Positions 39,975-51,869 of a stretch of DNA of 64,000 nt are shown here, in pieces. Each line of letters starts with the position of its first letter. Within the stretch, counting starts at the first letter, position 1. The stretch is from contig NC_042999.1 of NCBI RefSeq assembly GCF_006345805.1, positions 20,088,001 through 20,152,000 of the forward strand, given 5' to 3'. This DNA comes from Octopus sinensis. Lineage: Eukaryota. Under the pieces are notes generated by a model. It was not told where the DNA came from. It did no database searches and saw nothing but the letters and a program-made list of their open reading frames with translations. Position numbers and translations under genes: made by a program.

Positions 39975-40145
39975 CTGTTAGGTGTGTCAGTCATTATATA
40001 ACAAGTGGTGTGGTAGCAATGAATACCAGCCAACTGACCATTTCACTTCTCTCTGTTTATTATTAATGTTATGCCTTGGCAAGAAGTGAGTAGCAAATTG
40101 TTTCGAAGAGAAAGTGTACACTGACATTTATATATATTTATTCAT

Positions 40146-40176
<31 letters not shown>

Positions 40177-41113
40177 TTCATTTATTTATTTTGCTTGTTT
40201 ATCGATTATTGAAGTTTCAGAAAGTGGAATTGGGGTTTTAAGATTAGTGCTATTAGAAATATTGATTTATCCATATTGTTAAGAGAGAAGCTGTAATCAA
40301 TAAAAACAAAAATTGCTTCCGGAAGATCCTCCATAGCTGCAACAAAACGGGAAAATCTTATCATCTTTATTGCGAATTCTTTTGATTTAAGATGAAGGAC
40401 AAAATTCAACTGTTTCTATGCAAAGCATTATTTTGGAAAATGGCAATTCAGAAGGCTTGCACTATTGTGAAGCCAAAATGATTCCCCTAGGGATACGAGG
40501 AAAAGTTAATTTGAAGCTGGTGATTTATCTCTGAGGAACACTACTTTAAATTGAGTAACTATGGGAACTTTCATATGTGGCGTTAATGCAATTATATGGT
40601 AGCGCAAACTATAGGGAGAGAATGTAACCCTGATGAATACAGTTTTATAATATTATAGAATGCTGCCAAGCCATTGCAAATACGAATATGAAATAGGAAA
40701 ATTTATCTGACTGAACAGCCTTGTTAAAAAGATTAGTATTAAAAGCATTTCTTGCAAAATATGAAATGTGTTGGTTGGAGAATATTACATATTAAGATCA
40801 TCCTAATGAATATCTGAAACAAGTTTATTAATATGTAATTAAGATATTAATCAATGTGACAGAAGAATGCTTAGATTAAGTGGTTTTCCTATCAGTGGAC
40901 ATTTATGATATAAGATTAGAAGCTTGTTTGTTCATTTGGTCTCTTTGTTAGTAACATGAAATTAAGTACTTGTTAATGTGATGGCACCTGATGATGTGAT
41001 GGTGGAATGTTATTCACTGATTGTCATCTCTTTTACTTAATCTTAATAATTGCCACATCTGAATGTTGTAAAATAAACATATGTTCTGTTATCTGAGCTT
41101 GGTATTCAGTGCT

Positions 41114-41347
41114 AAAGGGGCGAGCTGGCAGAATTGTTAGCACGCCGGGCAAAATGCTTAGCGGTATTTCGTCTGCTGTTACATTCTGAGTTCAAATTCC
41201 GCCGAGGTCGACTTTGCCTTTCATCCTTTCAGGGGTCGATAAATTAAGGACCAGTCATGCACTGGGGTCAATATAATCTACTTAATCTGTTTGTCTGTCT
41301 TTGTTTGTCCTCTCTGTGTTTAGCCCCTTGTGGGTAGTAAAGAAATA
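41114..41347 (+). mobile_element. SINE-B with a 13-bp TSD
   Basis: GGTATTCAGTGCT at 41101-13 and 41348-60; empty site in the second duplicon (about 42515). Confidence 0.92.
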
Positions 41348-42094
41348 GGTATTCAGTGCTGATATACAGTTGTAGCAATTTCACTGCTTTAACACTTTTA
41401 GTTCAATACAGCAATGCTTTGTTGTGTCTTGGGAGGGTCATTATAATTTAACACACTCACTGGTAAAGTTTCCACTCATTTACTTATTTCTCTAAAATTT
41501 TCTTTGCGACTTGCAACCTTTTCAATAGTCATTGACTCACAAATTTACCAGTGAGTGTGTTAAATAATAAAACACTAAAAGAGAATGACTCTCCCCAGAC
41601 ACAACAAAATATAACCATGATGAATATAACCCTCATGAATACAGTTTTATAATATTATAGAATGCTGCCAAGCCATTGCAAATACGAATATGAAATAGGA
41701 AAATTTATCTGACTGAACAGCCTTGTTAAAAAGATTAGTATTAAAAGCATTTCTTGCAAAATATGAAATGTGTTGGTTGGAGAATATTACATATTAAGAT
41801 CATCCTAATGAATATTTGAAACAAGTTTATTAATATGTAATTAAGATATTAATCATGTGACAGAAGAATGCTTAGATTAAGTAGTTTTCCTATCAGTGGT
41901 CATTTACGATATAAGATTAGAAGCTTGTTTGTTCATTTGGTCTCTTTGTTGGTAACATGAAATTTAATATATAATTAAGTACTCGTTAATGTGATGGCAC
42001 CTGATGATGTGATGGTGGAATGTTATTCACTGATTGTCATCTCTTTTTCTTAATCTTAATAATTGTCACATCTGGATGTTGTAAAATAAACATA

Positions 42095-42494
42095 TAGGCA
42101 CAGAAGTGTCTGTGTGGTAAGTAGTTTGCTTACCAGCCACATGGTTCCGAATTCAGTCCCACTGCTTGGCACCTTGGGCAAATGTCTTCTGCTATATCCT
42201 CAGGCCAACCAAAGCCTTATGAGTGGATTTGGTAGACGGAAACTGAAAGAAGCCCATCGTATATATGTATATGTATATATATGTGTGTGTTTATGTTTGT
42301 CCCTCCCAACATCGCTTGATAACCGATGCTGGTGTGTTTACATCCCAGTAACTTAGCAGTTCAGCAAAAGAGATCAATAGAATAAGTGCTAGGCTTACAA
42401 AGAATAAGTCCTGGGGTCGATTTGCTCGACTAAAGGCGGTGCTCCAGCATGGCCACAGTCAAATGACTGAAACAAATAAAAGAGTAAAAGAGAG
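42095..42494 (+). mobile_element. SINE-C
   Basis: Family match; empty site in the first duplicon (about 41080). Confidence 0.9.
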
Positions 42495-43027
42495 TATATC
42501 TTCAGTTATCTAAGCTTGGTACTCAGTGCTGATGTACAGTTGTAGCACTTTCATTGCTTTTAGTTCAATACAGAAATCCTTTGTTGAGTCTGGGGAAGTT
42601 CATTATAATTTAACACACTCACTGGTAAAGTTTCCACTCATTTATTTATTTCTCTAAAATTTTCTTTCCTACTTGCAACCTTTGCAATTGTCATTGACTC
42701 TCAAATTTACCAGTGAGTGTGTTAAATAATAAAGCACTAAAAGAGAATGAATCTCCCCGGACACAGCAAAATATGCTTCAACACACGAACTCACATAAAG
42801 TATCTTGCAAACCAAATCCAAAAAACAGAAATGTCGTTTTACTGAAAATAGTTGTCTTTTATACAAATTATGTTTAGTGCTTCAGTAAGAAAATCAATAC
42901 TGATTGAAAAAATTGTGTACAGGTAATGACTTTTAGAATGTTAAAACTTCATACTTTCAGGTTAAAATACCATAATAGATAATGATTTGGTATTGATATG
43001 TACCATGTTTTCATTAGTAATTTTAGG

Positions 43028-43070
43028 TCACATCCTGAGTGTTCCACCCTGTGGAACACTCAGGATGTGA
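43028..43070. repeat. Perfect 20-bp hairpin with a 3-nt loop
   Basis: TCACATCCTGAGTGTTCCAC-CCT-GTGGAACACTCAGGATGTGA. Confidence 0.95.
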
Positions 43071-43247
43071 TCGCTAGAGGGAGAGAGGGATGCACCAGTA
43101 TTAAGTTGATTCTCTATTTCTGGCACACAACATAAATGAAGGCATTACATCACTATCTGACATGTTAACGACTCTGCCATTTGACCAGCTTCATTGAAAT
43201 ACCAACTACATGAAATTTATACGACATATAAATTATATAATAGTAAT

Positions 43248-43660
43248 AGGTGCAGGAGTGGCTGTGTAGTAAGTAGCTTGCTTAACAACCACATGTTTCT
43301 GGATTCAGTCCCACTGCATGGCACCTTGGGCAAGGATCTTCTACTATAGCCTCTGGCCAACCAAAGCCTTGTGAGTGGTTTTGGTAGATGGAAACTGAAA
43401 GAAATTCATCGTATGTATGTATATATATATATATATGTATGTATGTGTGTGTATATGTTTGTTTATCTTTGTTTGTCCCCCCAACAACGTTGACAACCGA
43501 TGCTGGTGTGTTTACGTCCCTGTAAGTTAGCGGTTTGGCAAAAGAGACCGATAAAATAAGTACTAGGCTTACAAAGAATAAGTCCTGGGTTCGATTTGCT
43601 CGACTAAAGGTGGTGCTCCAGCATGGTCGCAGTCAAATGACTGAAACAAGTAAAAGAGAG
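43248..43660 (+). mobile_element. SINE-C
   Basis: Family match. Confidence 0.85.
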
Positions 43661-43775
43661 TAAAGCTTAAACTCTTTAAATTAGTAATAAGCTCTATATT
43701 CTGCTGTATTAATCAAATGAGAAATAAATCATCAACCACTTTTAAGGATATCTTTCTATGGCGGCCCATGCAGAG

Positions 43776-43839
43776 TTAGTCTAGGAGACCAGCAGGTTTA
43801 GTCTAGGAGACCAGCAGGTTTAGTCTAGGAGACTAGCAG
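43776..43839. repeat. 22-bp minisatellite x3
   Basis: TTAGTCTAGGAGACCAGCAGGT. Confidence 0.9.
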
Positions 43840-44737
43840 ATGCTCATGATACTGGCCATCCCTCTCTACTCAGTTATTTTTGTCCCATAGAAGAAAAGTG
43901 ACTAGAACAGCTTGATATTCTTGCTGTATAAATTGTTTCAACAATGTAGAAAACAACATTGGATGCCTTAGGGTCTTTAACTCCAGATTTTTCCTCAGGG
44001 TTTAGCCCCAAGATATTTCCTTTCATTAAGTATTGCTACAAAGCAACAAAGGTTTGAAGTCACAATTTGTTTGGTTCATTCAAAAATATGCATCACATTA
44101 CTTTACGAGGCTACCTTGATAATGTTTTGCTCTGGTTTGATTCATAATTAGAATTTTTGTGACCTCATTCAAAAGAGGGCAATAACAATGACCTTTGCTG
44201 AGCTGCTTCAGTTTGTTAGGGGAAAAAAACTGCCTAAATATTTACAATGATACTTACCTAGGTGTTAGATCAAGTCTACTAACCGAAAATATATTCATGC
44301 CATTTAACGAGCTGTCGCAATTTATTTGTACGTAAGTGTACACACCAAGTTTGGGATGGCCTGCGGCTTTGGGAGAAGACACTTGCCAGTATCATTATTT
44401 TTTCATGAACGAAAGCATAATTACTAGATTTTCTCCTGTGGTCTTTCTATATTCTGATATTTTTTTTTATTACTAACAAAGACATCGTTATAAGCAGAAA
44501 GAAACAAAATGTTCAACATCATTTGAATTTTGTTAGTTTGTGTAATTCTTAAAGGAATATTGAACAGTCACAGCTGTTACTTTTCTCACAGAGTTTAAAA
44601 CGCTTAAACCTTTAGCTTTAGATTCAAAATAAGTTACGAAATAACTGTTAATCGGCAAAAATACAGTGGTAACTCATAAACAGTTACCAGCTTATAAGTA
44701 TAAGGTATTTTTTAAAAGTGTGAGGTATTAGACAAAG

Positions 44738-44915
44738 AGAGTGGCTGTGTGGTTAAGAAGCTTGCATTATAACCATGAGGTTTTTGGGTTCAATCCTACA
44801 GCATGGTACCTTGGGCAAGTGTCTTCTATAATAGTCCTGGACCAACCAATGCCTCTGTGAAAGAATATAGTAAATGGAAACTGTGCAGAAACTCATCATA
44901 TGTGTGTGTGTGTGT
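44738..44915 (+). mobile_element. SINE-C 5' half
   Basis: Family match. Confidence 0.75.
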
Positions 44916-44959
44916 GTAAATATATATGTATATATATGTATGTATGTATACATACATAT

Positions 44960-44994
<35 letters not shown>

Positions 44995-45041
44995 TTAAAA
45001 AAGGAGATGTGGAACACGAGTTGTGATATATAAAAAAAGGA

Positions 45042-45330
45042 AATGAAGAAAATGCTGACAAAATAATATAAGTAAGGGAGAGTGTATTTAATTAGGTGAA
45101 AGTTCTTTTTACCGGTTGCACATTTGTTATGCTTATCAAAAGATATTTTTTTAAGAGAGATAGAGTTCCTTTCTGATAGATTTTTTTCTCAAATCTATCA
45201 GAAAGGAACTCTATCTCTCTTTAAAAATATCTTTTGATAAGCTTAACAAATGTGCAACGGTAAAAAGAACTTTCACCTAATTAAATACACTCTCCCTTAC
45301 TTATATTATTTTGTCAGCATTTTCTTCATT
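45042..45330. repeat. Near-perfect palindrome, about 140-bp arms, 7-nt loop
   Basis: AATGAAGAAAATGCTGAC...CTGATAGATTT-TTTTCTC-AAATCTATCAG...CATTTTCTTCATT. Confidence 0.95.
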
Positions 45331-45334
45331 ACCT

Positions 45335-46660
45335 GAAAGAATGGAGTCGAACAAAGATGCTAACATTCTAAAGGAATAAAGGGTGCATTATGCAATCTTC
45401 TCATCAGGAAAGAAAGGGAGCCTCTCTCGACAACAAGACAAACAAAACGATAATGAGTGTTTTTTTTTGGTAGCAGCGAAAGTGTTAACAATCATAATAT
45501 TAATAATAGTACTAGTCGTGTTAATAACAATGTTAGTGTTGATGGTAACAACAATAACGGTATTATTGTCGGTGGTATTACTGGTTGTATTACCATTAAT
45601 AATACTAATAATAATAGAAATAGTGTAGTTGTTGGCGCTAATAATAATAGTAACAACAATCATAACAATAAAAACTTCGTTTTGATCTCGGAGGACAACC
45701 CCAACAGAATTAAATTTTTGTCTAGTAATTCTAAGATTAAGAATTCTATTTACCAGTGTAGAATTTCTTCCGGTACCGATGTCTTCTTCTATATAGGAGC
45801 GTCCACTTCCCAGTTATCCAAGAGAATGTCAAACCATTATTCAACATTCAGGGATAGTAAAAAACGACATAGTACAGGGCTAAGTAAATTAGTTGACGTC
45901 TTAAAGACAACAATATAAATTTCAAGTTAGATTGGTTCATATTGTCTGTATCCTTTCCTTTTGATAAGGGCAGGAGATTTTGTAACATTTGCAACTCTGA
46001 ACTCTTCCATATTCTCTTCTCTAAGGTTCCCCTTGTAAACACACTCATAGAAATATCATACAAATGTAAACACTGGCAGAAACATACTTTTTACTCATAT
46101 AAATGATAACAATAGTCACTGTGGTTTGAAGAATGAGCTTTACGTCCACCCCACTTCAATAGCGAAATTCTTTCCTAAGCCTTCGAACATTCTTTCAATC
46201 AACGTACCCTTCCCTCTCCACTTGTTCCCTACCTATTATTCCTTTAACCCTTCGCTTCATACTATCTATCTTTGACGTCAATTCTTCAAACGGTTTTTTT
46301 AAAAAACAGTCATTATCGTTTTGTTTACCATGTGAGCAGTCATCGAAATTTTTGTTTGTCTTGTTGTTGAGAGAGGCTCCCTTTCTTTCCTGATGAGAAG
46401 ATTGCATAATGCACCCTTTATTCCTTTGGAATGAAAACATGTTGTCTTCGAAACATGTCAAGAGTAAAGGAATTTTGTTAACATCTTCGTTCGACTCCAT
46501 TCTTTCATTTATTCATATACAACACACAAATTTCTGCACATGAACCCGGAGTTTCTACCCTTGGACAGGTCGCTTCAACCGTGTTTCTGATGTGAATTTG
46601 CTACCCAGGTTTCGGTTAAACGAATTTTCCCTGCTGACGATAAACATAGGATAATTCATT
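45335..46660 (+). mobile_element. Penelope-like element remnant: GIY-YIG endonuclease end, 3' pLTR, and an inverted partial pLTR at the 5' side
   Basis: SIYQCRI...FYIGASTSQLSKRMSNHYSTFRD...HSTGLSK, followed by C..CN.E.FHIL and C.HWQKH; 45335-45470 is an inverted, deleted copy of 46300-46508. Confidence 0.8.
46380..46470 (+). ncRNA. Minimal type I hammerhead ribozyme in the Penelope 3' region
   Basis: CTGATGA 46390-96; stem II GAAGA/TCTTC; GAAA 46450-53; palindromic stem III ACATGT; GUC site at 46459; stem I CCTTTCTTT/AGAG(T)AAAGG with a C.A first pair. Confidence 0.8.
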
Positions 46661-46744
46661 CACCTATTTATATATATATATAAAATTTTTAAATAGGGTA
46701 AAATCTTTATAAGAATTTATCAAGTGGTCAGCATGATAAACCTC

Positions 46745-47320
46745 ATAGGTGCAGCAGTGGCTGTGTGGTAAGTAGCTTGCTTACCAGCAGCATGGTTCCA
46801 GGTTCAGTGCCACTGCATGGCACCTTGGGCAAGTGTCTTCTACTATATTTTTCTTTACTACCCACAAGAGGCTAAACATAGAAGGGACAAACAAGGTCAG
46901 ACAAAAGGGACTAAGTCGATTACATCGACCCCAGTGCGTAACTGGTACTTAATTTATCGATCCCCAAAGGATGAAAGGTAAAGTCGACCTTGGCGGAATT
47001 TGAACTCAGAACGTAGCAGCAGACGAAATACCGCTAAGTATTTCGCCCGGTGCGCTAACGTTTCTGCCAGCTCGCCGCCTTCTACTAGTGTCTTCTACTA
47101 TAACCTCGGGCCAACCAAACGTCCCCCCAACATCTCTTGACAACTGATGCTGGTGTGTTTATGCCCCCGTAACTTAGCGGTTCGGCAAAAGAGATCAATA
47201 GAGACCAAAATTATTAGGGTTACAAAGAATAAGTCCTGGGGTCAATTTGCTCAACTAAACACGGTGCTCCAGCATGGCCACAGTCAAATGACTGAAACAA
47301 GTAAAAGAGTAAAAAGAGTA
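46745..47320 (+). mobile_element. SINE-C with a nested antisense SINE-B (46846-47079)
   Basis: CTTCTACTA duplicated around the insert. Confidence 0.88.
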
Positions 47321-48544
47321 ATGTATGGTGTGAAGGAGGCAAGGCTTATGCTGCTATTTCCAGCAATTTGTGTGAACGCATAGAGGCTTTTTCATTAACT
47401 GAATAATTTTATATTTTATATCAGTAATTGATTATATTTGAGACGAACCAAAATATTATTTTTGCAGATTATTTCTGGTCGGGATATCCCTTTCGTAGCA
47501 AATGATATTAACCACATTATATAAGTAGGCTGTCATCTAAATGCTTGTAGAATAGAAGAGGTATGTATAACTTTTTGCCAATGCTGTATAACGGGTTTGA
47601 GGGAAAATCATAGAAAGTTATAATTTCATACGATAGATCATTTTAAGCTTCAAGTAATTTTGTAGAAATCTTTTTAAATTGCTGTGATTAGCATTGAATG
47701 TTGCCTCTTCCAGAAGTTCTTTATATGAAAAGCCAATGGCAACTGGACTTAATTTCAATTACAACTTTCAACACTTTTATATATTAAGATAAGCATAAAC
47801 GCATTGTATTACTGCAGCAGACAAAATGGATTCCTGCAAATAAATATGTTTCGAGGCAAACTTTATATTACCTTAAGCGCATACCTTGGGAATATTGAAG
47901 CAGAGCAGAAATTCCACTATAACTATGTAATATTGCAAATTTCTGTCTGAAAGGATACGAGGAGAGTCTTGGAACAAAATAACACATCCATTTGCAAAGT
48001 ACCTCATCAGATATCTAATATATCATGTCACTCTAGTGGAATATATATGGATACAAAAGGATGACTACAAGCTATTAGAATCTAATATTGTAAAGAACTT
48101 CTTGAAAGAGAAAGAAATATGAGAGAGAAATAGTGATTCAAATATGAAGCTGAATAAATATAATGTAGCATTATAGGATACAGAGTTGATGAGCAACAGA
48201 AATCACCATATACGTCTGAATATATGAGAATCCTACACCCAATAGGAATACAAGATAAAGCCTAATTTCCTAATGGAAAAAAAAGATATGATGAGGCAGC
48301 GTATATATCTATGAGTATATGTGCATGCTACAATATAAAATTTTATTATGGTATGTTATATCATGCATTATATCATATCATATAAAAGCGAAGGGCCCTA
48401 TGGAAAGCTTGATCATTTCACTGGTCTACGTTAGTTCTCTGTAGGGCCCCTCACAATAAAAATATAAGTATTCTCTCTGTATAATTGTTAATTGAGTCCT
48501 CTTTTAGAACTATAATCATTACAGACGTATAATGAGCATATAAT

Positions 48545-48586
48545 CTATCTGTCTGTCTATCTATCTATCTATCAATCTATCTATCA

Positions 48587-48632
<46 letters not shown>

Positions 48633-48679
48633 TTATCTATCTATCTATCAATCTATCTATCTATCTATCTATCTATCTG

Positions 48680-48726
<47 letters not shown>

Positions 48727-48770
48727 CTTTCTCTCTCTCTCTATATATATATATAGAGAGAGAGAGAGGC
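48545..48770. repeat. (TCTA)n, (CT)n, (TA)n, (GA)n compound microsatellite
   Basis: Direct inspection. Confidence 0.95.
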
Positions 48771-48774
48771 GGTT

Positions 48775-49135
48775 GGATGGAACCTACACTCGCCTCCTTA
48801 TGAGAGCTCAAAATCTCTCATGGAAGCACCATCCAACCAAAATGCAAATATATGGGAAACTACCACCTGTGTCATCTCTTGTGAAAGGTAAGAAAGTCCA
48901 GTTTGCTGGACATTGTTGTAGAGCTGAAAAAGAGGTAATTTCTACTCTTCTCCTCTGGAAGCCATCTACTCGCAATACCAGAGGGCGCACACTCTCCTAC
49001 TCTGATGTAATCTCCAGGGAAACAGGCATCCAGCAGCAAGACCTCCGTAATGCCATGATGGACCGTGAAGTCTGGTGTAGCATGGTAAATTCCATTGTCT
49101 CGACCACGGTCGAACAATGAATGAATGATGAATAT
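48775..49135 (+). mobile_element. 3' end of a second RTE-type LINE family with a (TGAA)n tail
   Basis: DGTYTRLLMRAQNLSWKHH...QFAGHCCR...LLLWKP...GRTLSY...AMMDREVW. Confidence 0.8.
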
Positions 49136-49393
49136 ATATATATATATGAAGAGAGACAGAGACAGGCAGAAACAAGTAAAATGCCACTTGTATTTGAACA
49201 CTATGCAAATATTATTTAAAAAAAAAAATTCTTTTAATCTTTCCCAAATTTAATTGTTTTCCATACTTACAGTTGAAAAAGTTTCAATGACTGAAACTGG
49301 TACTGAAATGTTTTCTATAAAATTTTTTTAGCATTTTCTATCTTGACTTTTTTTTTTCCATATATATATATATATATAATATATATATATATA

Positions 49394-49780
49394 TAGGCAC
49401 AGGAGTGGCTGTGTGGTAAGTAGCTTGCTTACCATGGTTCTGGGTTCAGTCCCACTGCGTGGCACCTTGGACAGGTGTCTTCTACTATAGCCTCGAGCTG
49501 ACCAAAGCCTTGTGAGTGGATTTGGTAGATGGAAACTGAAAGAAGTCCGTTGTAAATATGTATATATATATATATGTATGTGTGTGTTTGTGTGTCTGTG
49601 CTTGTCTCTCCAACAACGCTTGACAACCGATGCTGGTGTGTAACTTAGCGGTTTGGCAAAATGAGACCGATAGAATAACCACTAGGCTTACTAAGAATAA
49701 GTCCTGGGGGTCGATTTGCTTGACTAAAGGCGGTGCTCTAGCATGGCCACAGTCAAATGACTGAAACAAGTAAAAGAAAA
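49394..49780 (+). mobile_element. SINE-C
   Basis: Family match. Confidence 0.85.
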
Positions 49781-49797
49781 GAAGAATATATATATAT

Positions 49798-50152
49798 ATT
49801 ATGGAGATGTACTCGCATAGCAAGTGATTTGATCTGAGATCGTGTGCTGAAACGAAAACAATTGCAGCGTGGAAGGTGTTTGTAAGCCATTTAAGAAACA
49901 CACAGAAGCTGTTCGATTCACTTCAACATTTAAGTTTAATTTGTCAAAATATTTTCGGCGCTAAAATCCGCGACCTGTTCACTGACAAAAATCCGTGCTG
50001 CATCTGAGAAATTAACAGTTAGTTATCAGTGAACAGGTCGCGGATTTTAGCGACGAAAATATTTTGACAAATTAAACTTAAATGTTGAAGTGAATCGAAC
50101 GGCTTTTGTATGTTTCTTAAATGGCTTACAAACATCTTCCATGCTGCAATTA
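49798..50152. mobile_element. Fold-back element (about 125-bp inverted arms, 49860-49985 / 50027-50152) carrying a variant hammerhead
   Basis: Direct reverse-complement match; the same 5' start GGAGATGTACT(C/T)GCATAGC occurs at about 32170. Confidence 0.8.
49940..49989 (-). ncRNA. Hammerhead-like motif with a G3-C8 covariant core (GUGAACA)
   Basis: TTTGTCA-GTGAACA-GGTCGC-GGATTTTA-GCGCC-GAAA-ATATT-T-TGACAAA; 7-bp stem I; palindromic AAAATATTTT. Confidence 0.65.
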
Positions 50153-50160
50153 TATATATA

Positions 50161-50218
<58 letters not shown>

Positions 50219-50237
50219 ATATATATATATTATATAT

Positions 50238-51869
50238 GAGGATGAAAGACTTGAGGTATTTCGTGTTGCAAGAGAGTGTGTGAGAGAGAATCGTGATGTG
50301 GTAGGAGAGAAGTGTGTTCGCATGGATGATGGTTCACTTGCGCTAAATGAGGATGCAAAGAGAGAGGTTTGGAGATGCCACTATGAAAGGTTGCTGAATA
50401 AAGAAAATGAATGGGATAAAGAGAGTCTGCCGAATGTTGACCCAACAGAGGGACCAGCTATCCGAGTTGATAGTTCCGTGGTAGCTAAGGCAATTAGAAG
50501 CATGAAGACATGGAAAGCCCCATGCCCATCAGGAATTACTGCAGAGATGCTCAAAATATCTGGCAGTGTCGGCTATAACCTAGTCACCCGTATAGTCAAC
50601 CAGGTGATACACGAAGGAGTCATACCCAATGACTGGTGTACCAGCATACTAGTCAACTGCTACAAAGGTAAAGGTGATGCCCTAGATACAAATAATTACA
50701 GAGGTATCAAGCTGTTGGATCAAGTAATGAAGGTTACGGAGAGGGTCATAGCCCAACTAATTAGAGAGAGAGTTAGTTTAGATGAGATGCAGTTTGGGTT
50801 CGTGCAAGGGAAAAGTACCACGGATGCTATATTCCTGGTAAGGCTGCTTCAGGAGAAATACCTAGCCAAAGATAAGCCCCTGTACCTGGCTTTTGTTGAC
50901 ATGGAGAAAGCTTTTGATAGGGTCCCCCGATCCCTTATCTGGTGGTCAATGAGGAAACTAGGGATAGATGAATGGCTGGTGAGGACTGTGCAAGCCATGT
51001 ACAGAGATGCCATAAGTAAGGTTAGGGTTAGCAACATGTACACAGAAGAATTCAAAGTAGAGGTTGGGGTCCACCAGGGTTCAGTACTCAGCCCCCTCCT
51101 ATTTGTAGGTAGAAACTCTATAAGATGTACCCAGTGTAAGCTATGGACACATAAGAGGTGCAGCAATGTCAAAGGTAGGCTAACTGGGAAGATAGTTTTT
51201 GTATGTGGCAGATGCTCAGGAGTATTAACCTCTGAAAATCTGCAGAAAATAACTTCAGACACTTTCCAAGGGGAAAAACTAGAAGTAGTTGATAGCTTCC
51301 GTTATCTAGGTGACCAAGTCAGTAGTGGGGGTGGGTGCGCTGAAAGTGTAACTGCTAGAATAAGAATAGCCTGGGCAAAGTTTAGGGAGCTCTTACCTCT
51401 GCTGGTGACTAAAGGCCTCTCGCTCAGAGTAAAAGGCAGACTGTATGATGTGTGTGTACGAACAGCCATGCTACATGGCAGTGAAACATGGGCCGTGACT
51501 GCTGAGGACATGCGTAAGCTCATGAGGAATGAAGCCAGTATGCTCCGATGGATGTGTAATGTCAGTGTACATACTCGACAGAGCGTTAGCACCTTGAGAG
51601 AAATGTTGTACCTAAGAGGCCTCACTTGTGGTGTGCAAGAGAGACGATTGCGCTGGTATGGTCATGTGGCGAGAATGGATGAAGATAGGTGTGTGAGAAA
51701 GTGCCAATCCTTAGCAGTTGAGGGAACCCGTGGAAGAGGTAGACCCAGGAAAACCTGGGACGAGTTGGTGAAGCACGACCTTCGAACTTTAGGCCTCACT
51801 GAGGAAATGACCAGCGACCGAGACCTTTGGAAATATTCTGTACGTGAGAAGACCAGGCAGGACAAGTGA
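50238..51869 (+). pseudogene. RTE ORF fragment, open but lacking the 84-aa segment containing YADD
   Basis: SPLLF joined directly to VGRNSIRC; the copy at 60019-60270 supplies the missing 252 nt. Confidence 0.9.

Larger units (their letters stand above)
40625..42772. repeat. Direct segmental duplication (40625-41612 and 41627-42772)
   Basis: TAACCCT(G/C)ATGAATACAGTTTTATAAT... collinear over about 750 bp apart from the SINE insertions. Confidence 0.92.

Noticed and set aside
46590-46645. Second HHR-like GAAACCTGGGTA on the minus strand
   Set aside because: The upstream core differs at three conserved positions; at best a heavily decayed relic.
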